In this document: positions 1 through 13,569 of the stretch, one piece after another | How the letters are laid out: each line of letters begins with the position of its first letter | Position numbering within the stretch: the stretch's first letter is position 1 | DNA from: Heteronotia binoei | Lineage: Eukaryota | DNA length: 64,000 nt | Reading direction: 5' to 3' | Assembly (NCBI RefSeq): GCF_032191835.1 | Contig: NC_083224.1 | Location: forward strand, 75,206,001 to 75,270,000 | Position numbers and translations under genes: made by a program | Notes under the pieces: generated by a model | Database searches by the model: none | What the model was told of the DNA's origin: nothing | What the model saw: only the letters and a program-made list of their open reading frames with translations

Positions 1-2008
1 GCTGTTGGTTGTATTTCCCAGCTCACAAGTTACATGTTTTGGCTACTACTTGGGTGGAGAAAAATCATTTTGCAAACCACCCATTAGCTTTTCTCTGTAA
101 TGACATGTGCTACTGTTCTGGTACTTTTTAGAGAGAGTGGGCTGCCATATTCTGGAGGTTCAGTAAGATTAGAACCTAGATAGTTTTACTCTGCTTTCTT
201 CAAGTTTTTCCTTTTAATATCTGTCTGCAGCATTTGTTTCTTTCTACAGAGAGAAACCACCTTGCTCAGATTGGCCATGTGTTGTTGGTAGAATATACCT
301 TTGACATCTTCATGATTGATAGCTGACATAGAATTTCAGAGTTGGTCTTGAGTAACAGCAAGGATTAGAAGGGAAACAGAACCCTGCTCGGTTAGGCATG
401 ATGCTACTTGATCCCAGGGGAGAAAAAAACCCAGAGTAGTTGCATAATAGGTAGCCCCACAGCTGTCATCAAGCTCTTTAAGGTAACGTGTACTTGAGGC
501 TATCCAGAATTTCATGGCCATGACTGGTTATACTCTATTGATTTGTCAGATGGATGCTTACTTAGGGGTTTCATTCTATGAAACTTGGATTCTTTATATA
601 TCTCTTGCATTTGGGCAAAGCCTTTTGCTAGCCTATATACTGACTGCAGAGGCCACTGGTGTGATGCAAGAAATAACTGGAAAATTTGAACCTTGGGTGA
701 AGCTTCAGTGATTGGGTGGTAGCATGGGGCTACACCTCAAACCTTGAGCAGTTTTTGCTTGAGAGGTGAGGTACAAATACTTTAAATACCTCCCATTTCC
801 TCTTAGATCTCAGCTGTCACCAAGTGAAGGTGTGTATATTATTAGATGGAAAGTTCCACAAGTAGTTTTTTCTGGGCAAAAGACTCAAGTTTGCCTAGTA
901 CCACATTGTATCTAACACATTGCCATTAATGACTTCATTTTGAACATTATGCATTTGGGGGAAGCTCACAGTCCGTTCTGGAGTCCTTGTGTTGAGTCTT
1001 TCCTGTGACCTAGGGTAGCACAGTTTTTCCTTGGCTAGGGAACTGAAGGCACCATAGGTATTTCAACTGATTTAAAACCCCAGATATTGCAAAATCACCC
1101 AGTGTGTTCAGTGGGTAATCACCTGGCATGTGCTTTATTTGTTCCTAATCTTCACTGGTGTCACTCCACCCTTCTTCCTTATCAGACCTTGAGCCCCTTC
1201 CACAAACAGCTGAGTCAACATGACCAGTCATTTTTGAGCCAGAAATAATAACGCATGTTTCTGACAAGGTGGATGACTGCATCAGCAGCTTTTCTTGGTA
1301 TCTACTGAAAGTCTTAGGGTAGGGGCTTCTGTTCTTGCTTATTTGAACCTTTAAATGCCAATAAAACTCAGCTTTCCACCCTAAATATGACCAAAGAGGC
1401 TGACTGCATTGCAGAAAAATGGAGGGGTATAGTGGCTGGTGTGTTGGCCTTGGTCAGATCTGTGTCAGCTAGGCATAAATCCCCACTCTGCCATGGGAGC
1501 TTGCTGGGTGGCCCTGGGCTAGTCACACACTTTCAGTCTAACCTACCTCACAGGGTTGTTGTGAAGATAAAAATGGAGAAGTGTGTAAGCTGCTATGAGT
1601 CTATATGGGGAGGGGAGCAGTGTACATGAAATAAGTATATAGTGGGTTTCTGTTTAGATAGCTGCAGCTTGTAATATTGATGGTCTGCATACACAGGAAA
1701 AACTATTGTAAATGCAAAACTTTGTCCTAATTCAGGTCTTCTCTTCTTCTGAACTTAGTTCTGAAAAGGCTTTAAATCCTGTGTAGTTGGGATGTGATTG
1801 AAGACAATTCCTAAAAGCTCTAGTAGATTGATGAGAGGTTCCCTGAACAGCAGTTTTCCACAGATTAACTTGTACAGTCCAAATCAGTGTATCTCACAAG
1901 CAAGATATAAAGCATGCAGTGAAAAGCAGAGTCAGTTGCTAAACAAGAAATTCCAGACCATGTTTGTACCACACACTGCTTATTTCATGGCATTTTTTTA
2001 TTTTGCAG

Positions 2009-2080
2009 GCTAACATTGGGCAAATGGACACCCCCAAAGAACTCTGGAGGATGATAACAGGGAACATGGCTTTGATACAG
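2009..2080 (+). CDS. SLC41A1: SLC41A1 Mg2+ transporter, internal coding exon (first one in the window; upstream exons lie outside)
   Basis: ttttgcag|GCT...CAG|gtagg; 72 nt; translates [24 protein letters not shown], matching human SLC41A1 from about residue 161. Confidence 0.96.
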
Positions 2081-2220
2081 GTAGGTTTTGCAGAAACTAA
2101 CAGTGCCTTTGTGGGGTGGGGGGAATTTATGAGGAGGCTGAAACCTTGGTTGTGTCTTACTTAGGTACTTTGGGATTCATCGCCACTCCTGTGGCTATCA
2201 GTCCCAAAGAATACTGAGCA

Positions 2221-2565
2221 ACATAAGAGAAGCCATGTTGGATCAGGCCAATGGCCCATCCAGTCCAACACTCTGTGTCACACAGTGGCCAAAAACCCAG
2301 ATGTTATCAGGAGGTCCATCAATGGGGCTAGGACACTGGAAGCTATCCAACTGTTTCTCCCCTCCCAGCACCAAGAATACAGAGCGTCATTGCCCCAGAC
2401 AAAGCTCCATCAATACGCTGCAGCTAATAGCCACTATGGACATCTGCTTCATATGTTTATCCAATCTCCTCTTGAAGCTGGCTATGCTTGTAGCCACCAC
2501 CACCTCCTGTGGCAGTAAATCCCATGTGTTAATCACCCTTTGGGTGAAGAAGTACTTCCTTTTAT
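2221..2565 (-). mobile_element. CR1 LINE 3' fragment in an SLC41A1 intron
   Basis: Reverse complement of the CR1 3' end (CTTATG-type tail, 3' UTR). The minus ORF contains KRKYFFTQRVINTWDLLPQEVV, like the C-terminus of the CR1 at 19.6 kb. Confidence 0.9.
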
Positions 2566-2771
2566 TGCCACAACCTAACAAGAAGTTATTTCTCTCTCTG
2601 ATTTAGTCAAAAGCCAGTCATAGACCATTGTTAATGACAGGCAAGAACTGGCAGCAGCAGCAAAGGGTATGTGGCCACAAGCCCTTGGCCAGAGTTATGG
2701 CTTCCATCTGACTTGGAGCAGAAGCATAGCTTTTTTTTTTTCTCCTCCATTAATATCTGGCTGTTTTCTAG

Positions 2772-2916
2772 GTTCAAGCAACAGTGGTAGGTTTTCTGGC
2801 ATCAATTGCTGCAGTGGTATTTGGCTGGATCCCAGATGGACACTTCAGCATTGGCCATGCCATTCTTCTCTGCGCTAGTAGCGTGGCTACAGCCTTCATA
2901 GCTTCCCTTGTGTTGG
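2772..2916 (+). CDS. SLC41A1: SLC41A1 coding exon
   Basis: ttctag|GTT...TTG G|gtaag; 145 nt; [48 protein letters not shown]. Confidence 0.96.
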
Positions 2917-3018
2917 GTAAGAAGGCTATTCTTTGGAGATGGGCAGGGAGAGGGGAAAGTGTTCAGTCTCTGCGCTGCTGTTGCAACAAGGCTAAACTGC
3001 CTCTCTCTGGTCCTCTAG

Positions 3019-3165
3019 GCATGATCATGATTGGCGTAATCATCGGCTCTAGGAAGATGGGCATTAACCCTGACAATGTGGCTACGCCTATTGCTGCAAG
3101 TCTGGGTGATCTCATCACTTTAGCTTTGCTTTCTGGGATCAGCTGGGGCCTCTACATAGAGCTAG
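3019..3165 (+). CDS. SLC41A1: SLC41A1 coding exon (first MgtE D2 motif [14 protein letters not shown])
   Basis: cctctag|GC ATG...CTA G|gtaag; 147 nt; [48 protein letters not shown]. Confidence 0.96.
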
Positions 3166-4118
3166 GTAAGATAAAGGAGGTTGCATGGCCTTTTTATGTT
3201 GCATATTTTTGGTGCCATAAGAAAGTGACTGGAAATTATCTTGGATTCCTTAGCCCATCCCTCCTCCCCCTCATCTAGTTCTTAAGGTGCATTTGATGTT
3301 GCACTAGTCTAGCACAGACATACTGCTGACTTTCTGCAATGCATGGTTTGCAAAACAGGAGTTCATTGTGCATGCATCCTTCCTTCTCAAGAGCTAACTT
3401 TCTTTTCTCTTCCCTTGTCAGTTAGCTCCAAATCACATGTGCACTGTAAAGCTCAGAAACTTTGGAATGTGATTGCAAACTGCTCTTTCTGTGCGGCCAT
3501 CTGATTTGCAAACTTAGTATTAATGTGTTTAAAACTACTGTTCTGTTTGTCACACATCAGAAAGTTGCTACTTACACATCTAGAGCTGCCTTCCCATGTT
3601 TCAGGTGTCCAGTCCAAAGTGCTTTCAGTGGTATTTACAATTTTGGCCTTACTCATGGTTTAGAGAACTACACACACATCCAATAGTAAGCTTCCAGTCC
3701 TTGCTCTGCTGATTCTCTTAACCATCACTGTGTTAATTGTTAATTCCTAGTGCTCACAGAACATTTTAGTGGAGAGTTAAACTAGGCACCAGGCAAAGGT
3801 CAGCTTGCACTTAAAACAAGAACCTTTCTACAAACTCCGCAACTGATAGCTGGAAATGAACCCTTAGCCATGTGGACTGCTGGATATCCGTTCAGACTGT
3901 ATATATTGCAAGGGATGGCTATGTTGGAGCAGTGCATCTGAACTCCCAACATCGAGCTGTGCTTGAGTGCTGCTTAAATACTATGTGAATGAGAGCCCAG
4001 TGTTGGCAGGTTAACACAGGATGGGGGTGCTTTACTGCATGCTTCTGGGTGTGGAGTGGGATCTGATGTCTGCTTATCACCCTGGTTGTTCTCTGACTTC
4101 CTGTTTCTTTCCTCTCAG

Positions 4119-4266
4119 AGGATAAAGCCTATGTGAATCCTCTGGTGTTTGCTTTCTTTGTTGCTCTGCTGCCCCTTTGGATCATCATCGCCAAGAAGAA
4201 TCCAGCTACCCGGGAGGTTTTGTACTCTGGCTGGGAGCCAGTCATCATTGCTATGGCTATCAGCAG
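4119..4266 (+). CDS. SLC41A1: SLC41A1 coding exon
   Basis: ctctcag|AG GAT...AGC AG|gtagg; 148 nt; (E)[48 protein letters not shown](S). Not in the ORF track in this frame. Confidence 0.95.
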
Positions 4267-5550
4267 GTAGGAAGGCTGCAGGTGGCTGTTGCAGAGAAAG
4301 ATGCCTGTGGCCTTCTGCTCAAAATCTTACCTGGAGGAGGTTAAAAATGAGCGGGAGAAAACCACATAGTAGAAGTGGGTAAACCATTCCAAGACTGAGG
4401 TTTAAGTAGTTCTCTTGATCAGGATAAATAGTCTTGTAGACATGTTCTTTGAAATTCACATCTATTTAATCTCCATGTTTGGCAAAAAAAAAAAAATGCT
4501 ACTCCCTGTGATGGTATTTGATGATATTTAGGTATTGTTACTGGGCTACTTACCAGCCCCAGATAAAATGTGCCTTGGGCAGATGCATAGGGAACCCCTT
4601 CATTAATCAAGTAGTCTGGCAGCCAAAAATGAGACTAGCAGCAGCAATCTCTTGTGCAGCTTTCAAGTAAAGCTATTGAATAAAAATACCTCTTACCCCA
4701 AATTGCATATGGCACCCAAGACAGTTGTTTGGAAGACAGATGGCACATAGAATTCACACTAGTTGGCAAGGGTTAGATTGGAGACTGGTGCTTCTGCAAC
4801 ACCAGTCATTCACATGGATCAAATTCTGGGTCTCATAAAATCTGCCTCCTACAATGGTCTCTTCACAGCCACCTCCTGCAGCTTTGTCATCTTTAGGATT
4901 AGAATCCCCTCCTCTCAGGTGCCATCTGAAGATCTTCTGTCAATATTTGCACACACTGATGTAGCAGACCCTCAAGAGTAGAGTTGGATCTACAGAGCCT
5001 GGGGATGAGAGGGCAGGATTCACAGTCCTGAAACTTGAAGATGGTTTAAGCACCAGGATGGTTTAAGCCCCACAGGGCAAATGTCTAGGTTATCAGAAGT
5101 GCTCCTGGAACCTGGACTCATCTCAAAGTGCAGATATACCATCTCAAATTTTAACAAGCTCAGACTGCTCATCAGAAATCCCTTGAAATAGAATACAGTT
5201 CAATGAGCAGACTGAAGAAGGTAGATCCTGTTCAGTCCAGTTCAAAATCGAGTTCAATTGGATTTTGTAATCTCTACTCTTCACTTCACTTGCCTTTTCC
5301 AGGACAAGCTGCAAATGGTTGATCCATGATTGAAAAGCACTTTGTACATGGCAGCAGCAGATGGGGGGGAATGTTTTGAATGAAAAAAACAACAACCCAG
5401 AAATGATTACCAACCTTAACTTAGTGCTTCATTGAAAACAGAAATTCTGCTAAGCAGTTACAAGCAAAGACTCCTTGTGGATGCCTTTAAAGCATCTAAA
5501 GGCCTACTCTCTCTTCAGCTCTTTTTTCTTAAAATAATTCTTTTTTGCAG

Positions 5551-5630
5551 TGTTGGAGGCTTAATCTTGGGTAAAACTGTGTCGGATCCAAATTTTGCAG
5601 GGATGGCAGTCTTCACGCCTGTTATCAATG
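5551..5630 (+). CDS. SLC41A1: SLC41A1 coding exon
   Basis: ttttgcag|T GTT...AAT G|gtgag; 80 nt; [26 protein letters not shown]. Confidence 0.96.
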
Positions 5631-5897
5631 GTGAGTTCTTTGTGCTAGCAGTGTTTACAAACTGCAATATCCAATTGAATCTTGTATAGCTTTGCTACTA
5701 TATGTGGTGGGGGAATGGAAACTCTCACAAAAACAGTTCTGCTGCTGTCTCAGTTGAAGACTCAACAAAGATTCTTCTGTAAGGGACATGTGTGGCTGCT
5801 GCTCTAGACTCATAAGTCTTTGATCCTTAGGGAAGGAACTGAGCTCACACAGCTGCTTCTGTGGACTTACTGTACTGGTATCTTCTTCTTTCTGCAG

Positions 5898-6032
5898 GTG
5901 TTGGTGGCAATCTAGTTGCTGTCCAGGCTAGCCGCATCTCCACTTACCTCCACATGAGTGGGATGCCTGGAGAAGCCTCAGAGATGGCTCCCCGCAAGTG
6001 TCCAAGCCCTTGCAGTACTTTCTTCAGTTCAG
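5898..6032 (+). CDS. SLC41A1: SLC41A1 coding exon
   Basis: tctgcag|GT GTT...TCA G|gtaac; 135 nt; [44 protein letters not shown]. Confidence 0.96.
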
Positions 6033-7195
6033 GTAACCTTAAAATATATAGCAGTGGTCAGAATAGCCTGTGTTCATTGAACTTTCTCCCTTTCCTACTT
6101 TATTTTATGTTGCAGTGTCTAAAGAGGTAGGTTGGGTTGGAGCTTCTGCATAGAATAGGAGGTTAACTGGACACTTCTTGGTTATGCAAGTCAGAGTGCT
6201 TGGACGACTGCAATGCTAGTACTGTAGTGAATTGATCCAAATCCTTCTTTGCCTGCATACTACCCCAGAGCATACTTGAGGAGTTTCACATGGGTGTTGC
6301 AAAGAGTTTTGGTTGTGTTTCAATCTAGTTTTGCTTGTCCCGTTTTTCTGCTGTATGATGACAGAATGTTTATTCTTAAGTAGTCTTGATGCATAAAGGT
6401 CGCTCTCTCATTTAGCCTCAGCCATTTATACACAGGGAAGGGTGTAAATCAGTAGTATAGCACTACTAGAATTGCTAGCTAATAATTAAGGAATTCATGA
6501 ACAGACCTGCATGTTTTCAAACTTTCCATCGTTAAATCTTCTGCTAGCTTCTGTAGTAATGCAGGAGGCTGGGCCTAGATCAATCCATACATTTCTGCTA
6601 AGTTTCTGGGCTCTGCATTACAGCTTCCCTAAAGTGTGGTCTGGCCTAAAATTCATATGCCTGTGCTTATACAGCACAGCAAAGAATAAGCCCTTTAATG
6701 CAGAATCTAGTACCTTCTGAAGAGTCTTGATTTTTTTTTTGTAATAATCATTTTATGAGCTGGGAAGTTAGGGTTTTTTTAGAATTTGTAGCCCTCCTAG
6801 GGTTTAAAGGGGGAAAATCCTTTAAAATGACAGTTTCTTTGAATAAGTAAGTGTCGATGGATTCCCTTATTAGCATTGCTCCCTGACACAGGCTGGTACT
6901 CTTCATAGACTTTTGCCTGAGAGTTTTGATTTTTTTATGATCCCTGATAAACCAACATAACTTCATTTCTAGTCCAGGAATAAAATGCAACTTTGTCATT
7001 GAACAAAATTATACAGTAAGAGCTCAGTACCGTTTCTTGTTTTGCAAGACTTCAGATTTGTTGCTAGCATATACAGTGTATGAATGCATTTATTTCCAAT
7101 GGACAGAACTGAGGCTAAAACAATGCAGGAGATTGGCTTTCAAAACTTCTGTGTGCCTGCTTAACTTCTCTGCTGTCTCTTGGTGCATCCTACAG

Positions 7196-7344
7196 ATGTG
7201 AATTCCCAGTCTGCTCGGGTGCTCTTTCTTCTGGTCGTTCCTGGCCACTTGGTTTTCCTTTACACCATCAGTTCCATGCGAGGTGGCCACACAACACTCA
7301 CCTTGATCTTTATAGTTTTCTACATGACAGCAGCACTTCTCCAG
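7196..7344 (+). CDS. SLC41A1: SLC41A1 coding exon
   Basis: cctacag|AT GTG...CAG|gtaag; 149 nt; [49 protein letters not shown]. Confidence 0.96.
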
Positions 7345-9079
7345 GTAAGCCATGGCTCTGGTTGCCTGGCATGTATTGCCAGTGATCAACATGTGACTGG
7401 GATGTGGTTAGAAGAGTAGTTGCAGATCATCTATTGATAGTGGAAATCTGATCACCTCCTACAGTTAAGGGGAGTGATGCTTTCTCTGAAAATAATCCTG
7501 AAATGAGCTCAGTAAGTCTTTCCTGGGCAACCTCTTAGAACTGGCAGAGCTAGATATTGTTTTAGTACAATGGCTTTTAATGTGGGCCATTAATCTGGAT
7601 TTTTTTGTGGGCTAGCATTTATTATTTTCTCCTAGGAAAGGATGCTTGAAAGGTTTCTGAATTAAAACCAGTTCTTTCTGTATTCTAGTACAGCATTTGA
7701 AAGCAGTAACACCCATGGTGAAAGAAGTGGCAGAAGCATTACTGGGTGGCAAGGAAGTGTGGTGTTAAAACTGGCACATGATATGAATCCTTGATATAAT
7801 TTGTCATGGACTCTGGTCACTTCCACATTAAGACATGGTATGGTAGCCCTGCTGAATTTTCAGGAAAGATAAATAAAATAATAGTTCCTCATCAGTCTTA
7901 AGATACCACTATTAAAACACTGGCAAGTTGAGATCTACTACAAGTTAACTCCCAAGTAAAAGTCCTGTGACATTTGCTTGCCTGTACTACCTTTACAGCG
8001 TTTTCTTGACTTCTTAGCTATGATGTCTAAATTCAATGTTTTAAATGAACTAATCAAGGTCCATTGATGTAAACAGATCATGAACACAGACCATACTTGG
8101 CCAGGGAGGAGGAGGAACTGGCAGAAATTGCCCCCTCCCCTGTGTGAATGGAACTGCCCTTCCCCTTAAAAGTATAGTTGGGTTGGATTCAACACAGTTC
8201 TCCTAAGTGATTGCTGAAGTTCAAGCATTGATACTGCATAGCAATTTAATTAATGTTGTAATTAAAGAAAATAAAGTCTCTTCTTAACCATCCTATTTTT
8301 CTTCATTCTGATAGAGGGGCTTTTTTTATAATACTACACATAGGTCAGCATGGTTGCAATTAACACATTAGATTCTCTGTTGCCTATTACGCCAGCATTA
8401 CCTAGAAGTATGCTATCGAATCAGCTGTTCACTGTCTTTATCACCATATCCTAAAACTGGTAGCTCTTCTGTAGGACTGCCTTGTGATGCCACTTTGAAT
8501 AGTGTCCACATCTAGCATTAGTATTTTTGAATTCCTTGGTGACAGATATTGCTGTTTTCTGCGGTATTTAACACTACAGAATGCCATGCTATGCTATGTG
8601 ATAAAAAAAACTGGCTATTGCTTTTAAGGGACCTGGCAATTTAAGAGATAAACATGCTCAAGAGACCTATCTTTATATTTTCACAAATACATAGAACATT
8701 TTTTTAACGTGTATAACCTTTTAATATGTTTTTTAGTATTGGGAAATCTTATGTTTTTGTTTACTTTAATGTTTATATAGGACCCCCCTCTCAGGAAGAG
8801 CTGCTTGAAATGCATTGGGGCACATTGAGTGAATGAAATTTATTCCCATGGTACCACTGTTTTGTTTTTTCATTCCTTCTGCTTGGTTATTTACTGCATC
8901 ATTCAGACTTCCCTTTTTAAATGTTTTTATCTGCCACAAACACAGATTTTTCACATTTCTGCAAATTGGAGCTTTTCTTATATCACAGAAGACATACTTA
9001 AAGAATTTGAAAAATCTGTATAGCAAACCTACCAGTTTAGATTATTGAGTTATGGCAACTAAATCATCACCCAGATTTT

Positions 9080-9480
9080 AAAACATTTTTTGTTTAAGAA
9101 CATTTTTATGCCACCTCTCCAGCAAGCTGCCTGAGGTAACTTACAAAATAAAGACAATAAAAACAAATATTTAAAAAATATTAATTAAATATATCATAAA
9201 AAGCAGGCCAGCATAAAAACATAGAGCATAAAAACAGACTACAGACAGATTAAAATAGCTGTGTCCTGACTAAAATGTTTTGTTTAAAAAATTTAATTAA
9301 AAGCCTGGATGAACAGAAACATTTGGCTTGGTACTTTAAAGAAAGCAACATAATTGCTAGGTGTGCTTCAAGGGCTCTACAAAAGAAGTGGCACTACTGG
9401 AAAAGCTCTGTCTCTGGTTGCCATCCAACTCACTTCTGAAGGGAAGGCGCAGAAGGTAGGGTTTGTGAGGATATTCTTTG
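9080..9480 (-). mobile_element. Degenerate L2-like LINE 3' end
   Basis: Recognised from lizard L2 3'-end motifs; old and diverged, boundaries approximate. Confidence 0.4.
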
Positions 9481-11509
9481 GTTACTGAAGAATGGCACCT
9501 CTCTATTTTCACTGGCGGTCAGAATGTGTCAGACACTGTGCAGTTATAAGGAAAATATGCTCAGTAACTAGGAATTCAGCAAGAGAAGTAAACATGTTAA
9601 ATATTTTCAAAGCTGGAAACTAGAAGAGGAGCACAAAGCAAAGTGAAATGAGATTTTAGGATATCCTGGAGGAATACCCAAGTTGGATCACTGTAGTCAT
9701 TGTTGTTGTATTACTGCTATAAAATCTACAGTGTTGCATCTTATATGCCATCTGGATTTTCAGTGACTTAATATTGCAGGTTAGTCCAAACACCAGTAGA
9801 TGTCTGAATAAACAACTAATCACTTTCTATGTGTCTACCTCAAAATAAGCAAAATAAACACTTAAAACAACTGCAGTACTTTTCTGTCATTTGCTTAAAA
9901 AAACACATTTTGCTTGGATCTTTTGTTATCCTATTTATTTCTATTCCTCTCCCTATGATAATTGTTAAAAGGGTAATGTGAAATTTCCTTTCCTGAACTC
10001 AGTGTGCTTCCCCCTGAAAATCTCAGTACCTTTTTTAAAAAAAAAAAAATCTAGCCCTTACAGCTGCAAATACATGCTTGGAATTACTTTAGAGAACCCT
10101 TGGAATCCAAAACAATGGGAGAAATAAGCTTTGTAACAGATAATTCTCTAAGACCTGGACTTTCTGAGCTTCAATATAAGTCAGTGATACTCAGTTTTAG
10201 CAAAACATGAATAAATTATATATAGTAGTTTAAAATGCAGAATAAATTATGCAATCTGAAGTTCTGATTAAGTTTCCATGTCAACCTACAAATTATGTGT
10301 AATGTTCGCTTTGTTTTGATTCTTCTCCCCCCCTCCCCCCCACACACAAATAGCTTGGAGCTGCTCAGCTTTGTAATTGAATAGAGATTAAACTACCATT
10401 AAAAGAACAACAGGTGTTGGGATACTTCTGGTACTAATAATTTAGGATGACTGTTGAATGTCTTGTAAAATGAGGTTATGGAGTATTTTTTGGGTGTGGG
10501 GGCTGGTAGTTTTGAAAGTAAAACTCTAAACCAGGGATATCAAACATACAGCCTGGGGGATGGAACTGACCCCTCTAGGTCTGTTATCCGGCCCCAAGCA
10601 AAGAAGAGACGGGGTGGCCACAATGCCAGAGAAGCTGCCCTTTGGGAGGAGGGAAAGAAGATGGGAGGGAGGGAGTCATTTATGTGATGGATATGCTGAT
10701 GGAAATGGGCAATAGGGGAAGTGAAGGAATGGGAATGCCAGAGTATATCGGGGGGGGGGGGGGGAGATGTGTAAGGGACTGGAGGGGAGGGCCTCGGAAA
10801 GGTTGAAGTGCATGCAGTGGGGTGCATGGTGGGAACTCTACTTGTCAAGCCATGGGAGGGAGGAGAATCAGTGGTTGGGGTGAGAGAAGGTGATGAGTGT
10901 TTGTGTTGGAGGGGGTGGCCTGCAAAAGCAGGGAGGCTGATAAAACAGGAAACTTGAGCCACCTTAAAAACTTAATGAGATTTTGTTGCATCATTCTTAT
11001 TTTCTAGGTATCTGTATTTTGCTTTTCTCACCAGATGGGGACCCAAGCAATTTAAAGTATTGTTCTCCCCATCTCTGTCTTTGTTCTCTCAACAACTGTG
11101 CAGGGTATGCTAGGCTGTGAGAGTGATTGGCCCAAAGTCACCCAGCAACTTCCATGGAAGGGGAGGCTTATGAACCTGAGTCTCTCAGATGTTATTCCCC
11201 ATGCTCCTTGGGGTGTATGTGTGTCTTTCTGGAAGGTCAGGTCTCTAAGTAGGACTGAAGCGCAAGAAAGGAGTGGTCAGACTTGGGATTTGAAGGAGAG
11301 TGGATTGGTGTGGATCAATCACACAGACGTGGTGGGAGAAAAGGGCTGATTTAGGAGTTTGAGTCATTGACAGGTGGCTGGTGAATCTGTGGAGGGGTCA
11401 TGATTTTTGCAGTGCATTGAGCAAGTTTTGAGGGTGGTGGCTCCAGTTCATTGGAGAGCTTTTATGTGTATAAGCCCTACGAGGAAAGGCCAAATGACTT
11501 GAGAGTGTT

Positions 11510-11855
11510 CAAGAGGAGGTTGAGGGTGGGACATCATTGCACTCTTAAATATTTGAAGGGCTGTCATTTAGAGGAGGGCAGGGAGCTATTCCTGTTAACA
11601 GCAGAAGAGAGGACTCAACAGTGGGTTTAAATTAGGGGTGAGAAGGTACCAGCTGGGTATTAGAGAACTTTTTTTACAGTAAGAGTTGTTCAGCAGTGGA
11701 ATCAGCTACCTAGGGAGATGGTGAGTTTCTTCTCACTGGCAATCTTTAAGCAGTGGCTGGAAAAACACTTGTCAGGATGATCCTGCATTGAGCAAGGGGT
11801 AGGACTAGGTAGCCTGTATGGCTCTTTCCAACTCTGTGGTTCTATGATTCTATGT
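11510..11855 (+). mobile_element. Older CR1 subfamily 3' fragment
   Basis: Degenerate CR1 C-terminal coding sequence (aaatatttgaagggctgtcat...gttcagcagtggaatcagctacctagggag), ending in the tail ttctatgattctatg. Confidence 0.7.
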
Positions 11856-13383
11856 ATGTTTTGGGGTGGACCTCTCTCTATGTGGGGAAGAAACCCTGCT
11901 TCACACACACAAATGCTTCCAGGGTTGCAGAGAGAAAAGTTGTTGCTAGTGTAGTGGGGAAATGCAGAGATGAAAGGGGACCCGTGGAATTACTTGTGCT
12001 GGGAAAGGTGGGGGGGTGGGATGGGCATAAAGTTCCCTAAGGTAGGAGGCATATTCAAGGTGGCTTACACATAGTGAGTCAGTACAGTCAACAAAATGAA
12101 CTAGACACCTCTGCTCTCAGCTGCCTGTCCACTAATTGACTTGCCTGCAGGAAGGCAAGGTGGTCCGTGTCTCTTTTGACTTTCCTCTCCCCCTTGACCA
12201 CACCTTATTTTCTACAACTACAGGCTGACAAGTTGGGGACAATGAATGATGGAGTGGGAGTCATTGTGAAAAAATGTTGGAGATGCTGATTACTCTCAGC
12301 TGTCTGCTGTGGCATCTGGGCTTTGCATAATTCTTGGGCAAACAGTGTGGGAGAGGATCTTCCAACCTATTCTGACTTCCCACTCAGTGTTTGTTGAAGT
12401 AGCTGTGTTTGTATGGGGGTGGGGTTGGAGCCAAACTAAAGCTGGTGGAAATGAATCATCAGGAAGAGAAATGCAGGTGCTAAATATAGGCTGCAACCCC
12501 CTGACAAGCTCACAGGCGCTTAAGAAGTTGGAAAGAAGCTTTGGCTGGCTAGTAAACTCATCTGAAATGTAAAGTTCCCATGTTCTCTGTACAGGGAGTT
12601 TCCCCTAATACAGCTGTCATTCCCAAAATGCAGCATTCAGAATGTGGTCAGAGGCCCGTAAGGTAAAGCGTCTGTTTCAGTAAGAACTGTGACTCTGGGA
12701 CAGTCACAGCACTTAATAGCTGGTGCCTGCAGTGCTGCTAGTGAGAGATGAATAACTTCCTGACCACCCAGTAAACCTTCTCTTCTGAAAACTTTCTATG
12801 CACAGTGCCTCTGTCAATGAAGTACTTTATGTGTGCAGGTATACCCATGCACTCAGACACTATTTGCAGAGATCAGAGAGAAACAACTCCTGCTATAGGA
12901 CAACAGCTGCAGCCACAAAGTGAATGAGGAAGCCAGTGGCGGCCTTGGCTTCTCTCCACTTCTCTAGGGTGACCTTTCTGTGTGTCTCGTCTCCCTCCCA
13001 GCAAGAGGAGAGAATAGCAAGCAGGGGTCACATCAACAGGGTTAGTGGTTTATTCAGTGGCTGTTGTTGAGGTGCAGCTCCTGCCATGTTGATTGGTAAG
13101 TTCATGTGCTGAAGAGATTGAGTGGGCCAGGCAGGAGGAGCAGCTGGTGTGCACCAAATAACTAGTTACCATTGTTTACTCTGGCATTTGAAGTGGGGAT
13201 TTTACCCTCCATATCTGTCTGCCTGTCCCCCTGCTAGTGTCCAGCCCAAATAAATTGTGTAGTGACTAATTCTTATGAGTGACTGGATAACCTCTTTGTA
13301 TGAAACCAGAAATTGGCCGGGGACAGGAATAGCATGTAAAAGATAAAGGCCCATGACTAATGCAACCACGTTTTGCCTTCCAG

Positions 13384-13569
13384 GTTTTCATTCTTCTCTA
13401 CATTGCTGACTGGATGGTTCACTGGATGTGGGGCAGAGGCCTGGACCCAGACAACTTTTCAATTCCATATTTAACAGCGCTAGGTGACTTGCTTGGGACA
13501 GGTTTCTTGGCACTCAGTTTCCACATCCTATGGCTCATTGGCGACCGGGACACAGATGTGGGGGATTAA
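13384..13569 (+). CDS. SLC41A1: SLC41A1 terminal coding exon
   Basis: ttccag|GTT...GAT TAA; 186 nt; [61 protein letters not shown]. The eight exons total 1062 nt (353 aa plus stop), matching human residues 161-513. Confidence 0.97.
   Translation, partial: VFILLYIADWMVHWMWGRGLDPDNFSIPYLTALGDLLGTGFLALSFHILWLIGDRDTDVGD

Noticed and set aside
7207-7209. SLC41A1 DVNSQSAR versus human DVNSRSAR
   Set aside because: A single CpG-type change in a loop; conservation cannot be judged from memory, so it is weaker than the D338G case.
10540-10962. 140-aa Pro/His-rich minus-strand ORF and G-rich tract
   Set aside because: Product of low-complexity G-rich sequence next to a truncated hAT-like end (cagggatatcaaac at 10532); no splice or homology support.
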